This document shows positions 36,721 to 51,500 of a stretch of 64,000 nt of DNA, in pieces. The notes under the pieces are model-generated. The model did not search any database. It was not told the origin of the DNA and was given only the letters and a program-made list of their open reading frames with translations. Made by a program: the position numbers and the translations under genes. How positions within the stretch are numbered: position 1 is the stretch's first letter; each line of letters begins with the position of its first letter. This stretch comes from Squalus acanthias (lineage: Eukaryota), in assembly GCA_030390025.1 (NCBI GenBank), contig CM059433.1, positions 23,996,001 through 24,060,000 of the forward strand, read 5' to 3'.

Positions 36721-37154
36721 GGGCAACACGGTGGCATAGTGGTTAGCACTGGTGCCTCACAGCGCCAGGGACCCGGGTTCGAATCTGACCTCGGGTGACT
36801 GTCTGTGTGGAGTTTGCACATTCTCCCCGTGTCTGCGTGGGTTTCCTCCGGGTGCTCCGGTTTCCTCCCACAGTCCAAAAATGTGTGAGTTAGGTTGATT
36901 TGGCTATGATAAATTGACCCTTAGTGTTAGGGGGGATTAAATATGTGGGGTTATGGGGATAGGATGGGATATGTTAGGGGGAATTAAATACGTGGGGTTA
37001 CGGGGGTAGGGTGGGATATGTGTACTGTGGGGATTAAAGCAGGGACAGGGTACTGGATTTGGATGATCAGCCATGATCGTATTGAACGGTGGAGCAGGCT
37101 CGACGGGCCGAATGGCCTACTCCTGCTCCTAGATTCTATGTTTCTATGTTTCTA
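36721..37154 (+). mobile_element. V-domain SINE in satellite, amplified copy 4
   Basis: Near-identical to copy 1, same junctions. Confidence 0.95.
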
Positions 37155-40100
37155 TAATGTTGGATATAGTTTGTTCTGTTGGATATAGTTTATAATGTTG
37201 GATATAGTTTGTTCTGTTGGATAAATTTTATACTGTTGCATATGGTTTATACTGTTGGATATAGTTTATACTGTTGGATATAGTTTATACAGTTGGATAC
37301 AGTTTATACTGTTGGATATAGTTTATACAGTTGTATATAGTTTATACTGTTGGGTACAGTTTATACTGTTGGATGTAGTTTATTCTGTTGGATATAGTTT
37401 ATACTTATGGATGTACTTTCTACTGTTGGATAAAGCTTATCATTTTCGATATAGTTTATACTGTTGGATATAGTTTGTACTGTTGGATATAGTTTATAAT
37501 GTTGGATATAGTTTGTTCTGTTGGATATAGTTTATACTGTTGGATATAGTTTGTTCTGTTGGATATAGTTTATACTGTTGGATATAGTTTATACTGTTGG
37601 ATATAGTTTGTTCTGTTGGATATAGTTTATACTGTTGGATATAGTTTATACAGTTGGATATAATTTATACTGTTGGATATAGTTTATTCTGTTGGATATA
37701 GTTTATTCTGTTGGAATAGGTTATACAGTTGGAGATAGTTTATACTGTTGGATATCGTTTATTCTGTTGGATATAGTTTATTCTGTTGGATATAGTTTAT
37801 ACTGTTGGATATAGTTTATTCTGTTGGATATAGTTTATTCTGTTGGATATAGTTTATAATGTTCGATATAGTTTATACTGTTGTACATAGTTCATACTAT
37901 TCAATATAGGTTTATACTGTTGGATATAGTTTATAATGTTCAATATAGTTTATTCTGTTGGATATAGTTTATACTGTTGGATATACTTTCTACTGTTGGA
38001 TTTGGTTTATCCTGTTGGATATAGTTTATACTGTTGTATATAGTTTATACTGTTGGATATACTTTCTACTGTTGGATAAAGCTTATCATTTTGGAAATAG
38101 TTTATACTTTTGGACATAGTTTATACTGTTGGATATAGTTCATTCTGTTGGATATAATTTATACTGTTGGATATAGTTTATACTGTTGGATATAGTTTAT
38201 ACTGTTGGATATAATTTATACTGTTGGATATAGTTTATACTGTTGGATATAGTTCATTCTGTTGGATATAGTTTGTTCTGTTGGATATAGTTTATACTGT
38301 TGGATATAGTTTATAATGTTGGATATAGTTTATACTGTTGGATATAGTTCATTCTGTTGGATATAGTTCATTCTGTTGGATATAGTTTATTCTGTTGGAT
38401 ATAGTTTATACTGTTGCATATTGTTCATACTGTTGGATATAATTTATACTGTTGGATATAGTTTATACAGTTGTATATAGTTTATACTGTTGGATACAGT
38501 TTATAGTGTTGGATATAGTTTATTCTGTTGGATATAGTTTATACTTATGGATGTACTTTCTACTGTTGGATAAAGCTTATCATTTTCGATATAGTTTATA
38601 CTGTTGGATATAGTTTATACTGTTGGATATAGTTTATACTGTTGGATATAGTTTATAATGTTGGATATAGTTTATAATGTTGGATATATTTTGTTCTGTT
38701 GGATATAGTTTATAATGTTGGATATAGTTTGTTCTGTTGGATATAGTTTATAATGTTGGATATAGTTTGTTCTGTTGGATAAATTTTATACTGTTGCATA
38801 TGGTTTATACTGTTGGATATAGTTTATACTGTTGGATATAGTTTATACAGTTGGATACAGTTTATACTGTTGGATATAGTTTTTACAGTTGTATATAGTT
38901 TATACTGTTGGGTACAGTTTATACTGTTGGATGTAGTTTATTCTGTTGGATATAGTTTATACTTATGGATGTACTTTCTACTGTTGGATAAAGCTTATCA
39001 TTTTCGATATAGTTTATACTGTTGGATATAGTTTGTACTGTTGGATATAGTTTGTTCTGTTGGATATAGTTTATACTGTTGGATATAGTTTATAATGTTG
39101 GATATAGTTTGTTCTGTTGGATATAGTTTATACTGTTGGATATAGTTTGTTCTGTTGGATATAGTTTATACTGTTGGATATAGTTTATACTGTTGGATAT
39201 AGTTTGTTCTGTTGGATATAGTTTATACTGTTGGATATAGTTTATACAGTTGGATATAATTTATACTGTTGGATATAGTTTATTCTGTTGGATATAGTTT
39301 ATTCTGTTGGAATAGGTTATACAGTTGGAGATAGTTTATACTGTTGGATATCGTTTATTCTGTTGGATATAGTTTATTCTGTTGGATATAGTTTATACTG
39401 TTGGATATAGTTTGTTCTGTTGGATATAGTTTATACTGTTGGATATAGTTTATACTGTTGGATATAGTTTGTTCTGTTGGATATAGTTTATACTGTTGGA
39501 TATAGTTTATACAGTTGGATATAATTTATACTGTTGGATATAGTTTATTCTGTTGGATATAGTTTATTCTGTTGGAATAGGTTATACAGTTGGAGATAGT
39601 TTATACTGTTGGATATCGTTTATTCTGTTGGATATAGTTTATTCTGTTGGATATAGTTTATACTGTTGGATAAGGTTATACAGTTGGATATAGTTTATTC
39701 TGTTGGATATAGTTTATACTGTTGGAATAGGTTATACAGTTGGAGATAGTTTATACTGTTGGATATAGTTTATTCTGTTGGATATAGTTTATTCTGTTGG
39801 ATATAGTTTATTCTGTTGGATATAGTTTATACTGTTGGATATAGTTTATTCTGTTGGATATAGTTTATTCTGTTGGATATAGTTTATTCTGTTGGAATAG
39901 GTTATACAGTTGGAGATAGTTTATACTGTTGGATATAGTTTATTCTGTTGGATATAGTTTATTCTGTTGGATATTGTTTATTCTGTTGGATATAGTTTAT
40001 ACTGTTGGATATAGTTTATTCTGTTGGATATAGTTTATTCTGTTGGATATAGTTTATAATGTTCGATATAGTTTATACTGTTGTACATAGTTCATACTAT

Positions 40101-40874
40101 TCAATATAGGTTTATACTGTTGGATATAGTTTATAATGTTCAATATAGTTTATTCTGTTGGATATAGTTTATACTGTTGGATATACTTTCTACTGTTGGA
40201 TTTGGTTTATCCTGTTGGATATAGTTTATACTGTTGTATATAGTTTATACTGTTGGATATACTTTCTACTGTTGGATAAAGCTTATCATTTTGGAAATAG
40301 TTTATACTTTTGGACATAGTTTATACTGTTGGATATAGTTCATTCTGTTGGATATAATTTATACTGTTGGATATAGTTTATACTGTTGGATATAGTTTAT
40401 ACTGTTGGATATAATTTATACTGTTGGATATAGTTTATACTGTTGGATATAGTTCATTCTGTTGGATATAGTTTGTTCTGTTGGATATAGTTTATACTGT
40501 TGGATATAGTTTATAATGTTGGATATAGTTTATACTGTTGGATATAGTTCATTCTGTTGGATATAGTTCATTCTGTTGGATATAGTTTATTCTGTTGCAT
40601 ATAGTTTATACTGTTGCATATTGTTTATACTGTTGGATATAATTTATACTGTTGGATATAGTTTATACAGTTGTATATAGTTTATACTGTTGGATACAGT
40701 TTATAGTGTTGGATATAGTTTATTCTGTTGGATATAGTTTATACTTATGGATGTACTTTCTACTGTTGGATAAAGCTTATCATTTTCGATATAGTTTATA
40801 CTGTTGGATATAGTTTATACTGTTGGATATAGTTTATACTGTTGGATATAGTTTATAATGTTGGATATAGTTTA

Positions 40875-41308
40875 GGGCAACACGGTGGCATAGTGGTTAG
40901 CACTGGTGCCTCACAGCGCCAGGGACCCGGGTTCGAATCTGACCTCGGGTGACTGTCTGTGTGGAGTTTGCACATTCTCCCCGTGTCTGCGTGGGTTTCC
41001 TCCGGGTGCTCCGGTTTCCTCCCACAGTCCAAAAATGTGTGAGTTAGGTTGATTTGGCTATGATAAATTGACCCTTAGTGTTAGGGGGGATTAAATATGT
41101 GGGGTTATGGGGATAGGATGGGATATGTTAGGGGGAATTAAATACGTGGGGTTACGGGGGTAGGGTGGGATATGTGTACTGTGGGGATTAAAGCAGGGAC
41201 AGGGTACTGGATTTGGATGATCAGCCATGATCGTATTGAATGGTGGAGCAGGCTCGACGGGCCGAATGGCCTACTCCTGCTCCTAGATTCTATGTTTCTA
41301 TGTTTCTA
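40875..41308 (+). mobile_element. V-domain SINE in satellite, amplified copy 5
   Basis: Near-identical to copy 1, same junctions. Confidence 0.95.
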
Positions 41309-43209
41309 TAATGTTGGATATAGTTTGTTCTGTTGGATATAGTTTATAATGTTGGATATAGTTTGTTCTGTTGGATATAGTTTATAATGTTGGATATAGT
41401 TTGTTCTGTTGGATAAATTTTATACTGTTGCATATGGTTTATACTGTTGGATATAGTTTATACTGTTGGATATAGTTTATACAGTTGGATACAGTTTATA
41501 CTGTTGGATATAGTTTATACAGTTGTATATAGTTTATACTGTTGGGTACAGTTTATACTGTTGGATGTAGTTTATTCTGTTGGATATAGTTTATACTTAT
41601 GGATGTACTTTCTACTGTTGGATAAAGCTTATCATTTTCGATATAGTTTATACTGTTGGATATAGTTTGTACTGTTGGATATAGTTTATAATGTTGGATA
41701 TAGTTTGTTCTGTTGGATATAGTTTATACTGTTGGATATAGTTTGTTCTGTTGGATATAGTTTATACTGTTGGATATAGTTTATACTGTTGGATATAGTT
41801 TGTTCTGTTGGATATAGTTTATACTGTTGGATATAGTTTATACAGTTGGATATAATTTATACTGTTGGATATAGTTTATTCTGTTGGATATAGTTTATTC
41901 TGTTGGAATAGGTTATACAGTTGGAGATAGTTTATACTGTTGGATATCGTTTATTCTGTTGGATATAGTTTATTCTGTTGGATATAGTTTATACTGTTGG
42001 ATATAGTTTATTCTGTTGGATATAGTTTATTCTGTTGGATATAGTTTATAATGTTCGATATAGTTTATACTGTTGTACATAGTTCATACTATTCAATATA
42101 GGTTTATACTGTTGGATATAGTTTATAATGTTCAATATAGTTTATTCTGTTGGATATAGTTTATACTGTTGGATATACTTTCTACTGTTGGATTTGGTTT
42201 ATCCTGTTGGATATAGTTTATACTGTTGTATATAGTTTATACTGTTGGATATACTTTCTACTGTTGGATAAAGCTTATCATTTTGGAAATAGTTTATACT
42301 TTTGGACATAGTTTATACTGTTGGATATAGTTTATTCTGTTGGATATTGTTTATTCTGTTGGATATAGTTTATACTGTTGGATATAGTTTATAATGTTGG
42401 ATATAGTTTATACTGTTGTACATAGTTCATACTATTCAATATAGGTTTATACTGTTGGATATAGTTTATAATGTTCAATATAGTTTATTCTGTTGGATAT
42501 AGTTTATACTGTTGGATATACTTTCTACTGTTGGATTTGGTTTATCCTGTTGGATATAGTTTATACTGTTGTATATAGTTTATACTGTTGGATATACTTT
42601 CTACTGTTGGATAAAGCTTATCATTTTGGAAATAGTTTATACTTTTGGACATAGTTTATACTGTTGGATATAGTTCATTCTGTTGGATATAATTTATACT
42701 GTTGGATATAGTTTATACTGTTGGATATAGTTTATACTGTTGGATATAATTTATACTGTTGGATATAGTTTATACTGTTGGATATAGTTCATTCTGTTGG
42801 ATATAGTTTGTTCTGTTGGATATAGTTTATACTGTTGGATATAGTTTATAATGTTGGATATAGTTTATACTGTTGGATATAGTTCATTCTGTTGGATATA
42901 GTTCATTCTGTTGGATATAGTTTATTCTGTTGCATATAGTTTATACTGTTGCATATTGTTTATACTGTTGGATATAATTTATACTGTTGGATATAGTTTA
43001 TACAGTTGTATATAGTTTATACTGTTGGATACAGTTTATAGTGTTGGATATAGTTTATTCTGTTGGATATAGTTTATACTTATGGATGTACTTTCTACTG
43101 TTGGATAAAGCTTATCATTTTCGATATAGTTTATACTGTTGGATATAGTTTATACTGTTGGATATAGTTTATACTGTTGGATATAGTTTATAATGTTGGA
43201 TATAGTTTA

Positions 43210-43642
43210 GGGCAACACGGTGGCATAGTGGTTAGCACTGGTGCCTCACAGCGCCAGGGACCCGGGTTCGAATCTGACCTCGGGTGACTGTCTGTGTGGA
43301 GTTTGCACATTCTCCCCGTGTCTGCGTGGGTTTCCTCCGGGTGCTCCGGTTTCCTCCCACAGTCCAAAAATGTGTGAGTTAGGTTGATTTGGCTATGATA
43401 AATTGACCCTTAGTGTTAGGGGGGATTAAATATGTGGGGTTATGGGGATAGGATGGGATATGTTAGGGGAATTAAATACGTGGGGTTACGGGGGTAGGGT
43501 GGGATATGTGTACTGTGGGGATTAAAGCAGGGACAGGGTACTGGATTTGGATGATCAGCCATGATCGTATTGAATGGTGGAGCAGGCTCGACGGGCCGAA
43601 TGGCCTACTCCTGCTCCTAGATTCTATGTTTCTATGTTTCTA
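43210..43642 (+). mobile_element. V-domain SINE in satellite, amplified copy 6
   Basis: Same junctions; one G fewer in a G-run (433 bp). Confidence 0.95.
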
Positions 43643-45162
43643 TAATGTTGGATATAGTTTGTTCTGTTGGATATAGTTTATAATGTTGGATATAGTTTGT
43701 TCTGTTGGATAAATTTTATACTGTTGCATATGGTTTATACTGTTGGATATAGTTTATACTGTTGGATATAGTTTATACAGTTGGATACAGTTTATACTGT
43801 TGGATATAGTTTATACAGTTGTATATAGTTTATACTGTTGGGTACAGTTTATACTGTTGGATGTAGTTTATTCTGTTGGATATAGTTTATACTTATGGAT
43901 GTACTTTCTACTGTTGGATAAAGCTTATCATTTTCGATATAGTTTATACTGTTGGATATAGTTTGTACTGTTGGATATAGTTTATAATGTTGGATATAGT
44001 TTGTTCTGTTGGATATAGTTTATACTGTTGGATATAGTTTGTTCTGTTGGATATAGTTTATACTGTTGGATATAGTTTATACTGTTGGATATAGTTTGTT
44101 CTGTTGGATATAGTTTATACTGTTGGATATAGTTTATACAGTTGGATATAATTTATACTGTTGGATATAGTTTATTCTGTTGGATATAGTTTATTCTGTT
44201 GGAATAGGTTATACAGTTGGAGATAGTTTATACTGTTGGATATCGTTTATTCTGTTGGATATAGTTTATTCTGTTGGATATAGTTTATACTGTTGGATAT
44301 AGTTTATTCTGTTGGATATAGTTTATTCTGTTGGATATAGTTTATAATGTTCGATATAGTTTATACTGTTGTACATAGTTCATACTATTCAATATAGGTT
44401 TATACTGTTGGATATAGTTTATAATGTTCAATATAGTTTATTCTGTTGGATATAGTTTATACTGTTGGATATACTTTCTACTGTTGGATTTGGTTTATCC
44501 TGTTGGATATAGTTTATACTGTTGTATATAGTTTATACTGTTGGATATACTTTCTACTGTTGGATAAAGCTTATCATTTTGGAAATAGTTTATACTTTTG
44601 GACATAGTTTATACTGTTGGATATAGTTCATTCTGTTGGATATAATTTATACTGTTGGATATAGTTTATACTGTTGGATATAGTTTATACTGTTGGATAT
44701 AATTTATACTGTTGGATATAGTTTATACTGTTGGATATAGTTCATTCTGTTGGATATAGTTTGTTCTGTTGGATATAGTTTATACTGTTGGATATAGTTT
44801 ATAATGTTGGATATAGTTTATACTGTTGGATATAGTTCATTCTGTTGGATATAGTTCATTCTGTTGGATATAGTTTATTCTGTTGCATATAGTTTATACT
44901 GTTGCATATTGTTTATACTGTTGGATATAATTTATACTGTTGGATATAGTTTATACAGTTGTATATAGTTTATACTGTTGGATACAGTTTATAGTGTTGG
45001 ATATAGTTTATTCTGTTGGATATAGTTTATACTTATGGATGTACTTTCTACTGTTGGATAAAGCTTATCATTTTCGATATAGTTTATACTGTTGGATATA
45101 GTTTATACTGTTGGATATAGTTTATACTGTTGGATATAGTTTATAATGTTGGATATAGTTTA

Positions 45163-45597
45163 GGGCAACACGGTGGCATAGTGGTTAGCACTGGTGCCTC
45201 ACAGCGCCAGGGACCCGGGTTCGAATCTGACCTCGGGTGACTGTCTGTGTGGAGTTTGCACATTCTCCCCGTGTCTGCGTGGGTTTCCTCCGGGTGCTCC
45301 GGTTTCCTCCCACAGTCCAAAAATGTGTGAGTTAGGTTGATTTGGCTATGATAAATTGACCCTTAGTGTTAGGGGGGATTAAATATGTGGGGTTATGGGG
45401 ATAGGATGGGATATGTTAGGGGGAATTAAATACGTGGGGTTACGGGGGGTAGGGTGGGATATGTGTACTGTGGGGATTAAAGCAGGGACAGGGTACTGGA
45501 TTTGGATGATCAGCCATGATCGTATTGAATGGTGGAGCAGGCTCGACGGGCCGAATGGCCTACTCCTGCTCCTAGATTCTATGTTTCTATGTTTCTA
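45163..45597 (+). mobile_element. V-domain SINE in satellite, amplified copy 7
   Basis: Same junctions; one G more in a G-run (435 bp). Confidence 0.95.
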
Positions 45598-48500
45598 TAA
45601 TGTTGGATATAGTTTGTTCTGTTGGATATAGTTTATAATGTTGGATATAGTTTGTTCTGTTGGATATAGTTTATAATGTTGGATATAGTTTGTTCTGTTG
45701 GATAAATTTTATACTGTTGCATATGGTTTATACTGTTGGATATAGTTTATACTGTTGGATATAGTTTATACAGTTGGATACAGTTTATACTGTTGGATAT
45801 AGTTTATACAGTTGTATATAGTTTATACTGTTGGGTACAGTTTATACTGTTGGATGTAGTTTATTCTGTTGGATATAGTTTATACTTATGGATGTACTTT
45901 CTACTGTTGGATAAAGCTTATCATTTTCGATATAGTTTATACTGTTGGATATAGTTTGTACTGTTGGATATAGTTTATAATGTTGGATATAGTTTGTTCT
46001 GTTGGATATAGTTTATACTGTTGGATATAGTTTGTTCTGTTGGATATAGTTTATACTGTTGGATATAGTTTATACTGTTGGATATAGTTTGTTCTGTTGG
46101 ATATAGTTTATACTGTTGGATATAGTTTATACAGTTGGATATAATTTATACTGTTGGATATAGTTTATTCTGTTGGATATAGTTTATTCTGTTGGAATAG
46201 GTTATACAGTTGGAGATAGTTTATACTGTTGGATATCGTTTATTCTGTTGGATATAGTTTATTCTGTTGGATATAGTTTATACTGTTGGATATAGTTTAT
46301 TCTGTTGGATATAGTTTATTCTGTTGGATATAGTTTATAATGTTCGATATAGTTTATACTGTTGTACATAGTTCATACTATTCAATATAGGTTTATACTG
46401 TTGGATATAGTTTATAATGTTCAATATAGTTTATTCTGTTGGATATAGTTTATACTGTTGGATATACTTTCTACTGTTGGATTTGGTTTATCCTGTTGGA
46501 TATAGTTTATACTGTTGTATATAGTTTATACTGTTGGATATACTTTCTACTGTTGGATAAAGCTTATCATTTTGGAAATAGTTTATACTTTTGGACATAG
46601 TTTATACTGTTGGATATAGTTCATTCTGTTGGATATAATTTATACTGTTGGATATAATTTATACTGTTGGATATAGTTTATACTGTTGGATATAGTTCAT
46701 TCTGTTGGATATAATTTATACTGTTGGATATAGTTTATACTGTTGGATATAGTTTATACTGTTGGATATAGTTTATACTGTTGGATATAATTTATACTGT
46801 TGGATATAGTTCATTCTGTTGGATATAGTTTGTTCTGTTGGATATAGTTTATACTGTTGGATATAGTTTATAATGTTGGATATAGTTTATACTGTTGGAT
46901 ATAGTTCATTCTGTTGGATATAGTTCATTCTGTTGGATATAGTTTATTCTGTTGGATATAGTTTATACTGTTGCATATTGTTCATACTGTTGGATATAAT
47001 TTATACTGTTGGATATAGTTTATACAGTTGTATATAGTTTATACTGTTGGATACAGTTTATAGTGTTGGATATAGTTTATTCTGTTGGATATAGTTTATA
47101 CTTATGGATGTACTTTCTACTGTTGGATAAAGCTTATCATTTTCGATATAGTTTATACTGTTGGATATAGTTTATACTGTTGGATATAGTTTATACTGTT
47201 GGATATAGTTTATAATGTTGGATATAGTTTATAATGTTGGATATAGTTTGTTCTGTTGGATATAGTTTATAATGTTGGATATAGTTTGTTCTGTTGGATA
47301 TAGTTTATAATGTTGGATATAGTTTGTTCTGTTGGATAAATTTTATACTGTTGCATATGGTTTATACTGTTGGATATAGTTTATAATGTTGGATATAGTT
47401 TATACAGTTGGATACAGTTTATACTGTTGGATATAGTTTTTACAGTTGTATATAGTTTATACTGTTGGGTACAGTTTATACTGTTGGATGTAGTTTATTC
47501 TGTTGGATATAGTTTATACTTATGGATGTACTTTCTACTGTTGGATAAAGCTTATCATTTTCGATATAGTTTATACTGTTGGATATAGTTTGTACTGTTG
47601 GATATAGTTTGTTCTGTTGGATATAGTTTATACTGTTGGATATAGTTTATAATGTTGGATATAGTTTGTTCTGTTGGATATAGTTTATACTGTTGGATAT
47701 AGTTTGTTCTGTTGGATATAGTTTATACTGTTGGATATAGTTTATACTGTTGGATATAGTTTGTTCTGTTGGATATAGTTTATACTGTTGGATATAGTTT
47801 ATACAGTTGGATATAATTTATACTGTTGGATATAGTTTATTCTGTTGGATATAGTTTATTCTGTTGGAATAGGTTATACAGTTGGAGATAGTTTATACTG
47901 TTGGATATCGTTTATTCTGTTGGATATAGTTTATTCTGTTGGATATAGTTTATACTGTTGGATAAGGTTATACAGTTGGATATAGTTTATTCTGTTGGAT
48001 ATAGTTTATACTGTTGGAATAGGTTATACAGTTGGAGATAGTTTATACTGTTGGATATAGTTTATTCTGTTGGATATAGTTTATTCTGTTGGATATAGTT
48101 TATTCTGTTGGATATAGTTTATACTGTTGGATATAGTTTATTCTGTTGGATATAGTTTATTCTGTTGGATATAGTTTATTCTGTTGGAATAGGTTATACA
48201 GTTGGAGATAGTTTATACTGTTGGATATAGTTTATTCTGTTGGATATAGTTTATTCTGTTGGATATTGTTTATTCTGTTGGATATAGTTTATACTGTTGG
48301 ATATAGTTTATTCTGTTGGATATAGTTTATTCTGTTGGATATAGTTTATAATGTTCGATATAGTTTATACTGTTGTACATAGTTCATACTATTCAATATA
48401 GGTTTATACTGTTGGATATAGTTTATAATGTTCAATATAGTTTATTCTGTTGGATATAGTTTATACTGTTGGATATACTTTCTACTGTTGGATTTGGTTT

Positions 48501-51500
48501 ATCCTGTTGGATATAGTTTATACTGTTGTATATAGTTTATACTGTTGGATATACTTTCTACTGTTGGATAAAGCTTATCATTTTGGAAATAGTTTATACT
48601 TTTGGACATAGTTTATACTGTTGGATATAGTTCATTCTGTTGGATATAATTTATACTGTTGGATATAGTTTATACTGTTGGATATAGTTTATACTGTTGG
48701 ATATAATTTATACTGTTGGATATAGTTTATACTGTTGGATATAGTTCATTCTGTTGGATATAGTTTGTTCTGTTGGATATAGTTTATACTGTTGGATATA
48801 GTTTATAATGTTGGATATAGTTTATACTGTTGGATATAGTTCATTCTGTTGGATATAGTTCATTCTGTTGGATATAGTTTATTCTGTTGGATATAGTTTA
48901 TACTGTTGCATATTGTTTATACTGTTGGATATAATTTATACTGTTGGATATAGTTTATACAGTTGTATATAGTTTATACTGTTGGATACAGTTTATAGTG
49001 TTGGATATAGTTTATTCTGTTGGATATAGTTTATACTTATGGATGTACTTTCTACTGTTGGATAAAGCTTATCATTTTCGATATAGTTTATACTGTTGGA
49101 TATAGTTTATACTGTTGGATATAGTTTATACTGTTGGATATAGTTTATAATGTTGGATATAGTTTATAATGTTGGATATAGTTTGTTCTGTTGGATATAG
49201 TTTATAATGTTGGATATAGTTTGTTCTGTTGGATAAATTTTATACTGTTGCATATGGTTTATACTGTTGGATATAGTTTATACTGTTGGATATAGTTTAT
49301 ACAGTTGGATACAGTTTATACTGTTGGATATAGTTTATACAGTTGTATATAGTTTATACTGTTGGGTACAGTTTATACTGTTGGATGTAGTTTATTCTGT
49401 TGGATATAGTTTATACTTATGGATGTACTTTCTACTGTTGGATAAAGCTTATCATTTTCGATATAGTTTATACTGTTGGATATAGTTTGTACTGTTGGAT
49501 ATAGTTTATAATGTTGGATATAGTTTGTTCTGTTGGATATAGTTTATACTGTTGGATATAGTTTGTTCTGTTGGATATAGTTTATACTGTTGGATATAGT
49601 TTATACTGTTGGATATAGTTTGTTCTGTTGGATATAGTTTATACTGTTGGATATAGTTTATACAGTTGGATATAATTTATACTGTTGGATATAGTTTATT
49701 CTGTTGGATATAGTTTATTCTGTTGGAATAGGTTATACAGTTGGAGATAGTTTATACTGTTGGATATCGTTTATTCTGTTGGATATAGTTTATTCTGTTG
49801 GATATAGTTTATACTGTTGGATAAGGTTATACAGTTGGATATAGTTTATTCTGTTGGATATAGTTTATACTGTTGGAATAGGTTATACAGTTGGAGATAG
49901 TTTATACTGTTGGATATAGTTTATTCTGTTGGATATAGTTTATTCTGTTGGATATAGTTTATTCTGTTGGATATAGTTTATACTGTTGGATATAGTTTAT
50001 TCTGTTGGATATAGTTTATTCTGTTGGATATAGTTTATTCTGTTGGAATAGGTTATACAGTTGGAGATAGTTTATACTGTTGGATATAGTTTATTCTGTT
50101 GGATATAGTTTATTCTGTTGGATATTGTTTATTCTGTTGGATATAGTTTATACTGTTGGATATAGTTTATTCTGTTGGATATAGTTTATTCTGTTGGATA
50201 TAGTTTATAATGTTCGATATAGTTTATACTGTTGTACATAGTTCATACTATTCAATATAGGTTTATACTGTTGGATATAGTTTATAATGTTCAATATAGT
50301 TTATTCTGTTGGATATAGTTTATACTGTTGGATATACTTTCTACTGTTGGATTTGGTTTATCCTGTTGGATATAGTTTATACTGTTGTATATAGTTTATA
50401 CTGTTGGATATACTTTCTACTGTTGGATAAAGCTTATCATTTTGGAAATAGTTTATACTTTTGGACATAGTTTATACTGTTGGATATAGTTCATTCTGTT
50501 GGATATAATTTATACTGTTGGATATAGTTTATACTGTTGGATATAGTTTATACTGTTGGATATAATTTATACTGTTGGATATAGTTTATACTGTTGGATA
50601 TAGTTCATTCTGTTGGATATAGTTTGTTCTGTTGGATATAGTTTATACTGTTGGATATAGTTTATAATGTTGGATATAGTTTATACTGTTGGATATAGTT
50701 CATTCTGTTGGATATAGTTCATTCTGTTGGATATAGTTTATTCTGTTGGATATAGTTTATACTGTTGCATATTGTTTATACTGTTGGATATAATTTATAC
50801 TGTTGGATATAGTTTATACAGTTGTATATAGTTTATACTGTTGGATACAGTTTATAGTGTTGGATATAGTTTATTCTGTTGGATATAGTTTATACTTATG
50901 GATGTACTTTCTACTGTTGGATAAAGCTTATCATTTTCGATATAGTTTATACTGTTGGATATAGTTTATACTGTTGGATATAGTTTATACTGTTGGATAT
51001 AGTTTATAATGTTGGATATAGTTTATAATGTTGGATATAGTTTGTTCTGTTGGATATAGTTTATAATGTTGGATATAGTTTGTTCTGTTGGATATAGTTT
51101 ATAATGTTGGATATAGTTTGTTCTGTTGGATAAATTTTATACTGTTGCATATGGTTTATACTGTTGGATATAGTTTATACTGTTGGATATAGTTTATACA
51201 GTTGGATACAGTTTATACTGTTGGATATAGTTTATACAGTTGTATATAGTTTATACTGTTGGGTACAGTTTATACTGTTGGATGTAGTTTATTCTGTTGG
51301 ATATAGTTTATACTTATGGATGTACTTTCTACTGTTGGATAAAGCTTATCATTTTCGATATAGTTTATACTGTTGGATATAGTTTGTACTGTTGGATATA
51401 GTTTGTTCTGTTGGATATAGTTTATACTGTTGGATATAGTTTATAATGTTGGATATAGTTTGTTCTGTTGGATATAGTTTATACTGTTGGATATAGTTTG

